This document shows positions 1 to 41,200 of a stretch of 56,022 nucleotides of DNA, in pieces. This DNA comes from Macrostomum lignano (Eukaryota), in assembly GCA_002269645.1 (NCBI GenBank), contig NIVC01000489.1:1-56022 (forward strand), read 5' to 3'. The notes beneath the pieces are model-generated. The model had not been told where the DNA came from, made no database searches, and saw only the letters and a program-made list of their open reading frames with translations. The position numbers and the translations under genes were made by a program. The first letter of the stretch is position 1. Every line of letters begins with the position of its first letter.

Positions 1-2900
1 CTCCTCTCCTCTCCTCTCCTCTCCTCTCCCTCTCCTCTCCTCTCCTCTCTCTCTCCTCCCTCTCCTCTCCTCTCCTCTCTCTCTCTCCTCTCCTCTCCTC
101 TCCTCTCCTCTCTCTCCTCTCCTCTCCTCTCTCTCTCCTCTCCTCCTCTCCTTCTCTCTCTCTCTCTCTCCTCTTATCTCCTCTCTCCTCTCCTCTCATT
201 TCATTTCCTCTCCTCTCCTCTCCTCTCTCTCCTCTCATTTCATTTCATCTCCTCTCCTCTCCTCTCCTCTCCTCTCCTCTCCTCTCCTCTCCTCTCCTCT
301 CCTTCTCCTCTCCTCTCCTCTCCTCTCCTCTTTTCCTCTCCTCTCCTCTCCTCTCCTCTCCTCTCCTCTCCTATTCTCTCCTCTCCTCTCCTCTCCTCTC
401 CTCTCCTCTCCTCTTCTCTCCTCTCCTCTCCTCTCCTCTCTCTCTCCTCTCCTTTCCTTTCCTCTCCACTCCTTTCCTCTCCTCTCCTCTCTCCTCTCCT
501 CTCCTCTCCTCTCCTCTCCTCTCCTCTCCTCTCCTCTCCTCTCCTCTCCTCTCCTCTCCTCTCCTCTCCTCTCATTTCATCTCCTCTCCTCTCCTCTCCT
601 CTCCTCTCCTCTCCTCTCCTCTCCTCTCCTCTCTCTCCTCTCCTCTCCTCTCCTCTCCTCTCTCTCCTCTCCTCTCCTCTCCTCTCCTCTCCTCTCCTCT
701 CCTCTCCTCTCCTCTCCTCTCCTCTCCTCTCCTCCTCTCCTCTCCTCTCTTTCTTTCATCTCATCTCATCTCCTCTCCTCTCCTCTCCTCTCCTCTCTCT
801 CCTCTCCTCTCCTCTCCTCTCCTCTCCTCTCCTCTCTCTCTCCCTCTCTCTCCTCTCCTCTCCTCTCCTCTCCTCTCTCTCCTCTCCTCTCCTCTCTCTC
901 CTCTCCTCCTCTCCTCTCCTCTCCTCTCTCTCCTCTCATTTCATCTCATCTCATCTTCTCTCCTCTTATCTCCTCTCCTCTCCTCTCATTTCATTTCATC
1001 TCCTCTCCTCTCCTCTCCTTTTTTCTCCTCTCCTCTCCTCTCCTCTCCTCTCCTCTCCTCTCATTTCATTTCATCTCCTCTCCTCTCCTCTCCTCTCCTC
1101 TCCTCTCCTCTCCTCTCCTCTCCTCTCCTCTCCTCTCCTCTCCTCTCCTCTCCTCTCCTCTCCTCTCCTCTCCTCTCCTCTCCTCTCCTCTCCTCTCCTC
1201 TCCTCTCCTCTCCTCTCCTCTCCTCTCCTCTCCTCTCCTCTCCTCTTCTCTTCTCTCCTCTCCTCTCCTCTTCTCTCCTCTCCTCTCCTCTCCTCTCCTC
1301 TCCTCTCCTTTCCTCTCCTCCTCTCCTCTCCTCTCCTCTCCTCTCCTCTCCTCTCCTCTCCTCTCCTCTCCTCTCCTCTCCTCTCCTCTCCTCTCCTCTC
1401 ATTTCATCTCATCTCATCTTCTCCTCTTATCTCCTCTCCTCTCCTCTCCTCTCCTCTCCTCTCCTCTCCTCTCCTCTCCTCTCCTCTCCTCTCCTCTCCT
1501 CTCCTCTCCTCTCCTCTCCTCTCCTCTCCTCTCCTCTCTCTCTCCTCTCCTCTCCTCTCCTCTTCTCTCTCTCCTCTCCTCTCCTCTCCTCTCCTCTCCT
1601 CTCCTCTCCTCTCCTCTCCTCTCCTCTCCTCCTCCTCTCCTCTCCTCTCTTCTCCTCTCCTCTCCTCTCCTCTCCTCTCCTCTCCTCTCCTCTCCTCTCC
1701 TCTCCTCTCCTCTCCTCTCCTCTCCTCTCATTTCATCTCCTCTCCTCTCCTCTCCTCTCCTCTCCTCTCCTCTCCTCTCCTCTCCTCTCCTCTCCTCTCC
1801 TCTCCTCTCCTCTCATTTCATCTCCTCTCCTCTCCTCTCCTCTCCTCTCCTCTCCTCTCCTCTCTCTCCTCTCCTCTCTTCTCCTCTCCTCTCCTCTCCT
1901 CTCCTCTCCTCTCCTCTCCTCTCCTCTCCTCTCCTCTCCTCTCCTCTCCTCTCCTCTCATTTCATTTCATCTCATCTCATCTCCTCTCCTCTCCTCTCCT
2001 CTCCTCTCCTCTCCTCTCCTCTCCTCTCCTCTCCTCTCCTCTCCTCTCCTCTCCTCTCTCTCCTCTCCTCTCCTCTCCTCTCCTCTCCTCTCCTCTCCTC
2101 TCCTCTCCTCTCTCTCCTCTCATTTCATCTCATCTCATCTTCTCTCCTCTTATCTCCTCTCCTCTCCTCTCATTTCATTTCATCTCCTCTCCTCTCCTCT
2201 CCTTTTTTCTCCTCTCCTCTCCTCTCCTCTCCTCTCCTCTCCTCTCCTCTCATTTCATTTCATCTCCTCTCCTCTCCTCTCCTCTCCTCTCCTCTCCTCT
2301 CTCTCCTCTCCTCTCCTCTCCTCTCCTCTCCTCTCCTTTCATTTCATCTCATCTCATCTTCTCTCCTCTTATCTCCTCTCCTCTCCTCTCCTCTCCTCTC
2401 CTCTCCTCTCATTTCATTTCATCTCCTCTCCTCTCCTCTCCTCTCCTCTCCTCTCCTCTCCTCTCCTCTCTCCTCTCCTCTCCTCTCCTCTCCTCTCCTC
2501 TCCTCTCCTCTCCTCTCCTCTCCTCTCCTCTCCTCTCCTCTCCTCTCCTCTCCTCTCCTCTCCTCTCCTCTCCTCTCCTCTCCTCTCCTCTCCTCTCCTC
2601 TCCTCTCCTCTCCTCTCCTCTCCTCTCCTCTCCTCTCCTCTCCTCTCCTCTCCTCTCCTCTCCTCTCCTCTCCTCTCCTCTCTCTCCTCTCATTTCATTT
2701 CATCTCATCTTCTCTCCTCTTATCTCCTCTCCTCTCCTCTCCTCTCCTCTCCTCTCCTCTCCTCTCCTCTCCTCTCCTCTCATTTCATTTCATCTCCTCT
2801 CCTCTCCTCTCCTCTCCTCTCCTCTTCTCTCCTCTCCTGTCCTCTCCTCTCCTCTCCTCTTCTCTCCTCTCCTGTCCTCTCCTTTGTACCTCCTCTCTCT
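1..2900. repeat. (CCTCT)n pentanucleotide satellite with CATTT variants; pure pyrimidine/purine tract in an IP3R intron
   Basis: Direct reading; source of the GEERR ORFs. Confidence 0.97.
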
Positions 2901-2999
2901 ACTCTACCCTACTCTACGAGCGTACTTTTATTTGTAGTTTGTAAATTTTGTTCTAACCTCGTTATAAACTTATACATTAATATATCATCACCAACTCAC

Positions 3000-31507
<28,508 letters not shown>

Positions 31508-31799
31508 AGCAACCAGTCAAATGGCAATGTTTTCTATCATGACAACTTTGTATGTTATGATTAACATGTAAGTTAACTGGTAAAATTTTAGGGTTGACTA
31601 ACTGTTTGATCCTAAATTGAATTTGCATGAATTGTAATTTGCATTTGTGTACGAGTATCTTTCGAAAGGAGGCATTCTATGGTAATTCGTTTTTATTAAG
31701 CGCTTCGAACTTCTTTACATACGAGTCGAAAGTCTTAGTCAGTTCGCAGCACTAGGGTCAAGAGCCTTGAAGCTGAGGCAAAAATTGCCTGCATGAATT

Positions 31800-31926
31800 C
31801 CTGTCTGTCTGTCTGTCTTTCTGCCTGTCTGTCTGGATGTCTGTTCTGTCTGTGTGTCTGTCTATCTGTCTGTCTGTGTGTCTGTGTGTCTGTCTGTCTT
31901 AGTGTCTGTCTGTCTGTCTGTCTTAG

Positions 31927-31965
<39 letters not shown>

Positions 31966-32046
31966 GTGTCTGTGTGTCTGTCTGTCTTAGTGTCTGTCTG
32001 TCTGTCTGTCTGCCTGTATGTCTGTCTGTGTGTCTGTCTGTCTGCC

Positions 32047-32083
<37 letters not shown>

Positions 32084-32086
32084 TAG

Positions 32087-32135
<49 letters not shown>

Positions 32136-32170
32136 TAGTGTCTGTCTGTCTGTCTGCCTGTCTGTCTGTC
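31800..32170. repeat. (TCTG)n array with GTCTTAGT units, upstream of the IP3R-like ATG
   Basis: Direct reading. Confidence 0.95.
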
Positions 32171-33244
32171 TTCTCGTTCGTCTGAGGAAGATCAGCAGCA
32201 AAACTCGGGTTTTTAACTGAGAAACAATATACTGAAATAAGCCGTGCTTGAAGATGAATTAGTAAAATACGTTTTATAATTTTAAATGTTGTAATTTTGA
32301 CATTTGCTAAAGTTTTTAGCCAAGAACTAAACTAATTTAATAAAAAACTTCAATATAATCGTTAATTCAGGAACACAATAAAACTTCGATGTTAGCCATC
32401 ACAATGCATTCAAAATATTCAACATGTTTAAACAAATCACAACAATCTCATATAACTACTGAAAACAGAAACATTTCAAAGTCTGAATACAGATTACATG
32501 AACTAACAAACTGTCACCAGACTCAAAAGTGGCAAGTGATTGTAAAATGAAAAATGAAACATCCAAACTAACAGAATAGTATTTCACTTTTGAGCTTCTA
32601 AAAGATGAGTAACTAGAGCCAATTAATTAGAGCCAAAATAAATACATTTAACATGTTACAAACTCTATTAAAACTTTGAAAAAAACTTCAAACAGAGCTC
32701 AAACTGGCATTTAATATGCAATCAAGAGATATTGTGTTATGAATTCGTAGGTGATGTAGTCTAATTTTTCAATATTTTTTCTTACTTTAATATACTAGCT
32801 AGTTAGTATGCAAGCAAATTAGCAAAATTGAAATCGTTGCAACTTTTATTTAAATTATCATTTAAAGACTGTCAATATCAATAGTAAGGTGTTTTTAATT
32901 AATTTTCCATGGTTCTTTTGCTATCTAAAATTATATATGAAAACAAGTGACAGAACTGCTTTAAGATATAGTTTGAATCAATAAATTATAGCATAATACT
33001 CCTTTAAGTATTGAAATATATTTCTACATATAGAGCAAGTGCTTATACTAGCAAACATAAAAACAAACAACAAAACACATTCACCAGGTCAGGGACATTT
33101 GCAGAAAAAAAACACAAATTGAGACAAAACACCACTGCTTCACAGTTCGATGCTGAAAATGCCTGCATAGAAAACTTGGCATAATGAAGGAATCAACTGG
33201 CCACAGAGCAGGATTCAGGTTACCATTATTTTGACAAAGGAAAG

Positions 33245-33877
33245 TTAATTACAAATAGTTTGGGTCATCACAGTGTTGCCAGACTTCTTTGTGACTGTCT
33301 TACAGTTTTGGTTGCCATCACTGAAAAACGATGTCTCTTGAAATGTGTGGCTGTGAAACTGCTGCGGTTCGCTGCCACCGAAAAAGCTATCCTGCTGACC
33401 GAAGTGATTGCCGAAGTGATCGTTGAAGTGATTTCCGAAGAAGTCGTCGCCAAATATGTCGTGGAAATTCATGTCGAAATGATGCCTATGGTGATGGTGG
33501 CCATGCGATGCTTTGCTGAAGAAACTCTCAAAGAAATCATGAGCATTTCCTCCAGTAAAGTCGTGAGCCTCAGCGAATCCATCTTCGCCTCCAGCATCGT
33601 ATTGTCTTCGCCTATTCTCATCGGACAGAACCTCGTATGCGGCAGCAATCTTGACAAATTTTTCTTCAGCCGCTTTTCTTTCCTTTTCGCTTTTTGTTTT
33701 GATTTTATCAGGGTGATACTTGAGCGCCAACTTTCTGAAAGCCTTCTTGATTTCCTGTTGCGTAGCTGTTTTTTCTACACCAAGAAGCTTGTAGTAGTCT
33801 TCCTCTGCTAAAACGTCGGAGCAGAGAAGAGCAAATACAACAAGAGACAAAACTATTGATGCAAGTTGATAACGCAT
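33245..33877 (-). CDS. DNAJB9: ER-luminal J-domain co-chaperone, ERdj4/DNAJB9-like, intronless, 210 aa
   Basis: Signal-peptide-like N-terminus, J-domain (DYYKLLGV...[10 protein letters not shown]...[15 protein letters not shown]), G/F/H-rich region, C-terminal [18 protein letters not shown] resembling the DNAJB9 terminus. Confidence 0.85.
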   Translation of the reverse strand: MRYQLASIVLSLVVFALLCSDVLAEEDYYKLLGVEKTATQQEIKKAFRKLALKYHPDKIKTKSEKERKAAEEKFVKIAAAYEVLSDENRRRQYDAGGEDGFAEAHDFTGGNAHDFFESFFSKASHGHHHHRHHFDMNFHDIFGDDFFGNHFNDHFGNHFGQQDSFFGGSEPQQFHSHTFQETSFFSDGNQNCKTVTKKSGNTVMTQTICN

Positions 33878-34004
33878 TTTTCGATGCTGCTGAATTTGAA
33901 ATTAAAACTGTTTACACGGTGAACTTCAGCGACGGATCTTCGCAAAACAGGAAAATTGACGGACTCGAAGAATATTATGAAAAGCAGAAATAAAAACTAC
34001 TTGA

Positions 34005-34015
34005 TCCACGTCATC
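34005..34015 (-). promoter_or_regulatory. UPRE / XBP1s-type element GATGACGTGGA
   Basis: Plus-strand tccacgtcatc equals the TGACGTGG(A) UPRE consensus, about 130 bp upstream of the DNAJB9-like ATG; ERdj4 is a canonical XBP1s target. A partial CCACGT core lies at 34095-34100 and a TATA-like tatataaaa near 34050. Confidence 0.6.
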
Positions 34016-35704
34016 TAAAGCTCGTTGTTCAGCTCGTTGTTCAGGTAGTTATATAAAATATGAAACATATACATCTTTTAAAAATGTCTAATGTCCACGT
34101 AAGCATGCGGTACAGTGTGTAATGCAATGCTAAAATAAATAAAAGTTTATTTAGCTGTCATAAAAACATTCAATCAGTAAACTAATATGCAAATTGTTTA
34201 ATTCTTAATGCACTGGTTGCTTTTGTTTTATTTTGCAAAGTGTATTTTCGCAGGTTTTCTATTTTTTCGTTGTCGAAGCCTGTTTCTTAGAACTTTCTTT
34301 CATCGTTAAACTTTTAAAAGGCTTTTGCTTGATAGTAAAGACTCGTTTGGCTTAGAAGCGTTGGCTTGGTTCTGGTTTTGGTTTGAAAATAACAGTATTT
34401 GTGTTGTATGTAGACCCAAAACCCTAAACCCAAAATTGTTAGAACTTTTTTATCGCTTTTACAAGGCCAGGGTTACCAACACGGCAACCCCATCCCATCA
34501 CTCACACTCATCAGTGTTGTAACGCCTGGCCTGTACGAATTTTGTGCAGCTGTGCGAAATTCAAATTCTGCGCAAATCAAATACACAATAAATAGTCACC
34601 CTAGGCCTACCCTGAAGTCCTGAACTCCACCTGGTACTGTATAGGTCGGCTACTATAGCCAATAGCCATACCCCATAGGTACTGGTACAGTAGTCCTACT
34701 CTACTGTCCACCCATATTCCAGTCTACCCCACCACGCACCACAAATCATATAACTATGTCTAGATACTATAGGCTCTGTTATAACAATCAAATAATTCAC
34801 TATTTTGCTTAAATTCTCATTTCTCTCATCTTGATGGAAACCTAGATGGGAAGACAAATTTTGTACCTTAGATGCTGGTCTCCATGTTCACTTGCTGCTC
34901 CAAGTAGTGGCTGAACAAGGCCTAAAATATGTACTGATTGATTCCTTTAATTATAATGATATCATGTTTATATTATTACTAGGGCCTACTATATAGTAGT
35001 ATAGGCCTTCATTTAGTAGCTTATAGTTTTTTTTTTCTTGCATTGGATAAATAAATAGCATAGATTTTTGTTTGCCCTAGAATGATGGTTATTGCAAATA
35101 TTGGCAGTAGAAAAAAGACAATATTCATATTTTTTCAGTTGCTTCCTGAAGGTACAGTGCTATGATTGAAGCAAATGCATGTATGTACGAGCTTAAGAAG
35201 CTGACTACTCAGCATAGTAACTAATATATATATGCATTTTAAAACAGCTGAAATTAAATTTACATTATATTTATATTAATAATAATTAGATGCAGAAAGT
35301 CACTAGTATATATAGTATAATAATGCAACAATATGATAAATACAATTGCGTGAATTGGCCCATTCCAGCTGATTGCATGCAAAATTTCATACTATTAACA
35401 GCAAGGCCTATAACAATTAATAATATTAGCAATACAAAAACTGGCAAAATCCTCTATTTACTTTTATGGGAATAATTTTAAAAGTAAAACAAACCAACTT
35501 GTTGAAAACCAGTTTCATTTAAAAAATTTTTTTAATTATGTTGCTAGTCAGTTTGTACTTTTAAGTTTAATAAGCAAAGTTTAATAAAATCACTATTTAA
35601 TAGAAAAGATAGTTTCAACATAAAAAGCAAAGCATAAAGTTATAAAAAATAAATAGTCAAAGAGTTCAATATAAAAGTTACAAAATTACCTAATATCAAA
35701 TAGT

Positions 35705-35905
35705 TTGTAATAGTAACTAACTAGTTGGTAATAATAACTAACTAGTTGGTAATAGTAACTAGCTAGTTGGGAATAGTAACTAATTAGTTGGTAATAGTAA
35801 CTAACTAGTTGTTAATAATAACTAACTAGTTGGTAATAGTAACTAGCTAGTTGGTAATAATAACTAACTAGTTGGTAATAGTAACTAGGCCTAACTAGTT
35901 GGTAA
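35705..35905. repeat. 21-bp minisatellite AACTAGTTGGTAATAGTAACT, resuming at about 36797-36820
   Basis: Array flanks both ends of the Tc1-like element. Confidence 0.9.
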
Positions 35906-36797
35906 TATAACTTTTCAAGCTCAACTTTGGCAAAAATGACTTCAATTTTGGAGGCCCATAGAAAAAGCATACGCCTGCCAGCAACATGTCTATGATCGAC
36001 TATGGTAGAATCAGTTAAAGTGTGCATTCAACTTTGGCAAAAGTGAACAAATTTTGGCAACTCAACCAAACAAGATGCCGAATGTGCGTATATTGCTGCA
36101 GGATTGAGAATGGCTAGTGCGCAGCTACCAAGAAGGAAGAGACTGGAAACGACTGGCGAAGGACCTCGACATAAAGAGAACCACGGCTGATACAATTATC
36201 CACAGGTTTGTCACTGAAGATCGCGTTGTGCTGAAGCAATGAGGAGCCATGAGGCCAAAATTTACACCACTAATGTTAAATGCTGTGACTTGGTTTGTTG
36301 AAGAGAAGCCCACCATAATGTTGAGGGAGATGAAGGAAAAGATGGAAGCCAAACTTCCAGGCACACCTGGTGTGTCGGTGCAGGCAATCAGCTGTCACCT
36401 GGACTGTACTCTGTACATCACGCTGAAGGATGTTCAGTGAGTGCATGAGCACTAGAATTTGGATATCACCAAGGCGGCGCGCTTCGACCACATGCAGTGG
36501 TTTATGGAAGCCAGCATCTTAGCACACAATCTCATCTATGTGGAGGAGTTTGGCTGTAATTTGTGGACAGCAAGGATCTTGTTTTGTGCTTAAATCTTGT
36601 TTCCTAGTCCATTTGTTACCATTTTCCATTCAGTTTATTGTGTTACCAAAATTCGCTCACTTTTGCCAAAGTTGAATGCACACTTTAACCAATTCTACCA
36701 CAGTTGACCATAGACATGTTGCTAGCAGGCATATGCTTTTTCTATGGGCTGCCAAAATTGAAGTCACTTTTGCCAAAGTTGAGCTTGAAGAGGTATA
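35906..36797 (+). mobile_element. Non-autonomous IS630/Tc1-mariner-type DNA transposon with about 140-bp TIRs
   Basis: TIRs about 35908-36055 and 36650-36795 (caagctcaactttggcaaaa...), TA at both ends; broken transposase with HTH region (DWKRLAKDLDIKRTTA, TIMLREMKEK, VSVQAISCHLD) and start of the catalytic region (IYVEEFGCNLWTAR), remainder deleted. Confidence 0.85.
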
Positions 36798-38295
36798 ATA
36801 ACTAACTAGTTGGTAATACAGTAATTACCAACACATTGGGCACATTATGGGGTAGAAATTAGGGCATGCCATGGGGCCACAGATAGTTGTAGCAAAAAGG
36901 CAAAGGAGAGCCAACAACAAGATCAAACCTAGAACAAGAGATGACAAAATCCTTGTTATTAAGGATGGATTAGGCCAAACATAGGAGAAAAATACAAATG
37001 CAAAATACAACCCCACTAGGTAGCCCCATTACCACATAGGCTCCCTATATAGAATTTTTTATAGTAAATTTGGCTTTGGTAAAATACAAGCAAATTGTGA
37101 CGTTCTTAGTTGTAGGTTCCCAAAAGGATGGTGAACTCAACAATGGCGGAGTAGATTTGTAGTGGTAGCACTTGGCAATTCAGCGGCAAGATAAGTAAGG
37201 GCTGCAGCTTGTTTATTGTAATTGTCAATATAAGTTAGTACAGAGGCTATGGCATGCGGGGGCGCTGTCGGCTATAACAATGGGTTTGAAATTAATAGAT
37301 TAAGTAGGATGATGAGCAGATTGATGAAGGTGATGCAAATAGTAGAGCGATAGCAATGAGTAGACAGTGGTGGCAGCCTTCGGTGGCAAACTGGCAGATA
37401 GGAAAGTAGCATAGTAGGGCCTAGCGAAAGTGGCTAGCCTGTGGTAGCGTGAGGCAGAGAGAGAGAGAAGGCATAAACAAGTCTGGCCCAGACAGAGCGG
37501 GCCGTGGCGAGAGATAAGGAGAGAGAGAAGGAGGAGAGCGTGAAAACCCCCAGCCTGCCACCAGGCGGGGTTAATAAAAGAGCGCAGGAGGGTTAGCATA
37601 ATATATGCGCGGAGTTTCCATTGGCTGGTAGGGAAAAAACAAAAACAGAAAGTATTGATTGCGCAAAGACCCTATAGGCATACGCAAAGATTACAATGTA
37701 CGCAATGATTAGCAATTGATACAGATTTGTTGGGTGCTACTACAAGTAAACGTGCGCATACACGATTGGCGAATGTTAAATGAGAAATTGTAGTCCAATG
37801 GCCCTTTTGCGGGACCACTTTAAACTTACAATGTCACACAAATATATATTGAAATGTTTAGATTTAGCTGTCTAAGTTTACTAGAGACAACTTAAGCTAA
37901 TGATTTGTATAAAACAATTAATGCAATTCAAATAAGCAGAAAATTGTTTAAAAATGGCATATATATATTTATGTGCAACTGCTAGCCAACTAAGCCAATG
38001 TGGCCTATAAATATATAATGTAAACATAAATATTGATAGAATTACAAGTAAATATTTCTTTTTAATAGCAACAGTAATAATAAGATAATATAAAAAATTG
38101 GAAACAGAGGATAGATAGCATGGTGGGATAATGAGAAAGCAGAAAGGTTATAAGACAATAAGAACAAGCTTTGGTTACAGGTAAGGTAAAATGGTGACCT
38201 GATTAATGCAGACTGTTTTGCATTTCGATCAGGTGCACAGCATTGCAACACAGTTTTATTTGCCATAAAATATTTCTGCCTTCTTCATATTCCAG

Positions 38296-41200
38296 TCGAA
38301 TGCTACAGAAGTCCAAGCGTCACTGAGCCAAACAGAGCCAGTGAACGCAGCTAATAACAATGACACCAATGCCAGTGTTGCAGACAAAAATGACATTCAG
38401 AATGTACAAATTCTAGCTGATGATATTGAGCAGAGTGTGGAGTTCACCAGTGTGAACAAGTGAGTGCGCAACTCTTTTAGCTGAATAATTAAGCTACATA
38501 ATATTTCCATTTCCTCAAAAAATTAAATTGTTCACTGATTTTTTGCAGACCTCAACCCGAAGGTATCTTAGCTGATTCGAGCATCCAGGAGAAGCAGATG
38601 CTAACAGATAGCAATGATGATAGCGTTGAGGCGGGCAATGATAATGAGAATGCTGCTGCGGAAGAGAAAGACATTGAAGAACCTGATGGGATAGTAGAAA
38701 ACAGCGTCAGAGAAACAGTTGTTACGGCAGCAGAAGATGTCAAAGAAGCTGGCACTGGGGAAGTAATCGAAGAAGATTGCGTGGCAGAGGCAGAGGTTAA
38801 AGAAACTTTTGCCGTTGAACAAGACGTCGGGAAAACTGCTGCGGTAGAGGCAGAAGACATAAATGTAACCGTTGCTGCTAAAGAAGACTGCAAAGAAACA
38901 ACCATCGCTGTGGAAGCAGATGTCAAAGAAACTGTCACTCCAGAAAAAGAAGAGATCAAAGTAGCCATTGCTGCCGAAGAAGACGTCAACAAAACAGATG
39001 AAAACATCGAAAAATCCGTGGCTGCCGAAGAAGTCAAAGAAGTCATTTCTGCAGAAGAAGACGTCAAAGAAACCGTTGCTGCAAAAGAGGACGTCAAAGA
39101 AACCGTTGCTGTGGAAGAAGACGTCAAAGAAACCGTTGCTGTGGAAGAAGACGTCAAAGAATCCATTGCTGCGGAAGAAAACGTCAAACAAACCGTTGCT
39201 GCGGAAGAAGACGTCAAAGAAACCGTTGCTGTGGAAGAAGACGTGAAAGAAACCGTTGCTGTGGAAGAAGACATAAAGGAAACGACTGAAAAAGAAGCAG
39301 CTGTGAAAGACACCGCTGACAATTTTGTGATCAAAGCTGACGCCGATGATGAAGACGAAGAAGACGACGATTACGACGATCTGCAATCGTGGGATCTGCC
39401 ACTACCGCGTCGGTCCACCGGCGGTGGTCTGACTCGTCCTCCAGACGTGGAACCTCTGTCGCTTGGACGTCTGCGTGACCATGACGACGACGATATCGAC
39501 GAAGATGACGATGACGATAATAGCAACGTCGGAGGCGACAGCGGCGAGGAGAGCGACGACGAAGGGGAAGATGACGACGAAATCGAACTGGCTGGCTCGT
39601 CGACCGTCAGACCGTCGAATGCCATACAAAATCCCGAAGCGTTGTTGTCGTTGTGCATTCGCGATTTGGCCGTTAATGACGCTCGCGATGCTTGGAATGT
39701 AAGACAGGGAATGGGAAGGCTGACCACAATTGCTTCAAATGAGATTTGTCCGAATCCGAATTTCTGTATGTCTGTGTGGATCCCAAGTATCGAGAATATT
39801 AGCTGACATCTTATGCTCCTCTGTTGACAAATTATTGGTACTCCTCAACCGCCAATGCAGTACTGTGTAAAACTTTTATCATATAAATTCTTAAGGAGTC
39901 AATTGGGTAGAATTCACTGCAGGAAAAAAGTCAATATTCGCAGGAAAGCTACAGGTACCCTGGCGCAAACACTATAGAGATTCGCTTAAAATTCTATTAT
40001 GAGAACAAAACAAAGATTATTGGCCGACAGAAACCAGTCCTGGCGTATTGCCCAAGAAATACTGTTTTAAAATACAAATTAAAAATACTTAGCATTTTTC
40101 TTGATACTCTACTTAGAGTAAAAATAGGGGAATTTTATGTGCATAGAATTAATTATAAGGAACTTTACTTTGGAACACTACTAATAGTAGAAATATAAAG
40201 AAAATCCGTTAAAACTTGCTTAGGAAATCTACCGACGCGGCCGGAACGAAGCCGGCGAGGCCAGCTCCGATGCCACTATCGCGGCCGCTCGCGAGCTGTC
40301 CAGCCGGCAGAGAAATCGCTATCGCGACGTGCTGCCCTACGATCACAGTCGGGTGCGACTGCTGCCGCTAGGATCCGCTGCTGGCGTTGAAGACGGATGG
40401 TGCGACTACATCAATGCCAATCTGGTCACTGCCGCTCACGCTGATCGGGCCTACGTTATGACTCAGGCAAGGCCTAGTCTGGGCGCTTGCCCTGCATTGT
40501 TTTTTTCTGCTTTCACTACAGTTACCTTGCCTATTCTGTCTCCTGTCTTCTTCATCTCCCTTTCCCTTCCATCTCTTCCTTCTTTCTCCTCTCCTTCTTT
40601 CTCTCGTTTCTCTCTCCTCTCCTCTCCCTTCTCCCTCTCTCTCTCCCTCTCCCTTCTCCTCCCTTCTCTCTCTCCCTTCTCCTCCCTTCTCTCTCTCCCT
40701 TCTCCTCCCTTCTCCTCCCTTCTCTCTCTCCCCCCTCTCTCTCTCTCTCCTCGCCTACAGCCCTGACGAAGAGATTTAATAATTTCGAAATATCGACTAC
40801 TCAAATAAAATTGACTTATTTTAGTCCTTTTCACCGTGTCGGTGCCTGAGATTGGAGGCGCCCTCCTCTCTCTCTCTCTCTTCTTTCTCCTCTCCCTTCT
40901 CTCTCCTCTCTTCTCTTCTCATCTCTCCCATGGCTCTCGCTGTCCTCTCCCTTCTCGTCTATTCCTCTTCTCCTTCTTCTCTCTCCCCTGTCGCCAGCCG
41001 TTCATGACCGGCATATTACACACTGATTCTCCGCCAGGGCCCCCTGCCATCGACCAGCGGCCATTTCTGGCAGATGGCCTGGCAGCTCAACAGCCCCGGC
41101 ATCGTGATGCTCAGTCGGCTAGTTGAGAAAGCCACAGTGAAGTGTCACCAGTACTATCCGGATATGAGGCATCCCAAACTGGACTTCCCAGCTGAGGGTC

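Noticed and set aside
240-2693. GEERR-repeat ORFs, and likewise the CLSV, LSIY, CCCYAV, VLSCL, WILVDSCG, TETD and PDPQLLG ORFs elsewhere
   Set aside because: They are translations of stop-free simple repeats lying inside introns, open in several frames and strands, with no splice context.
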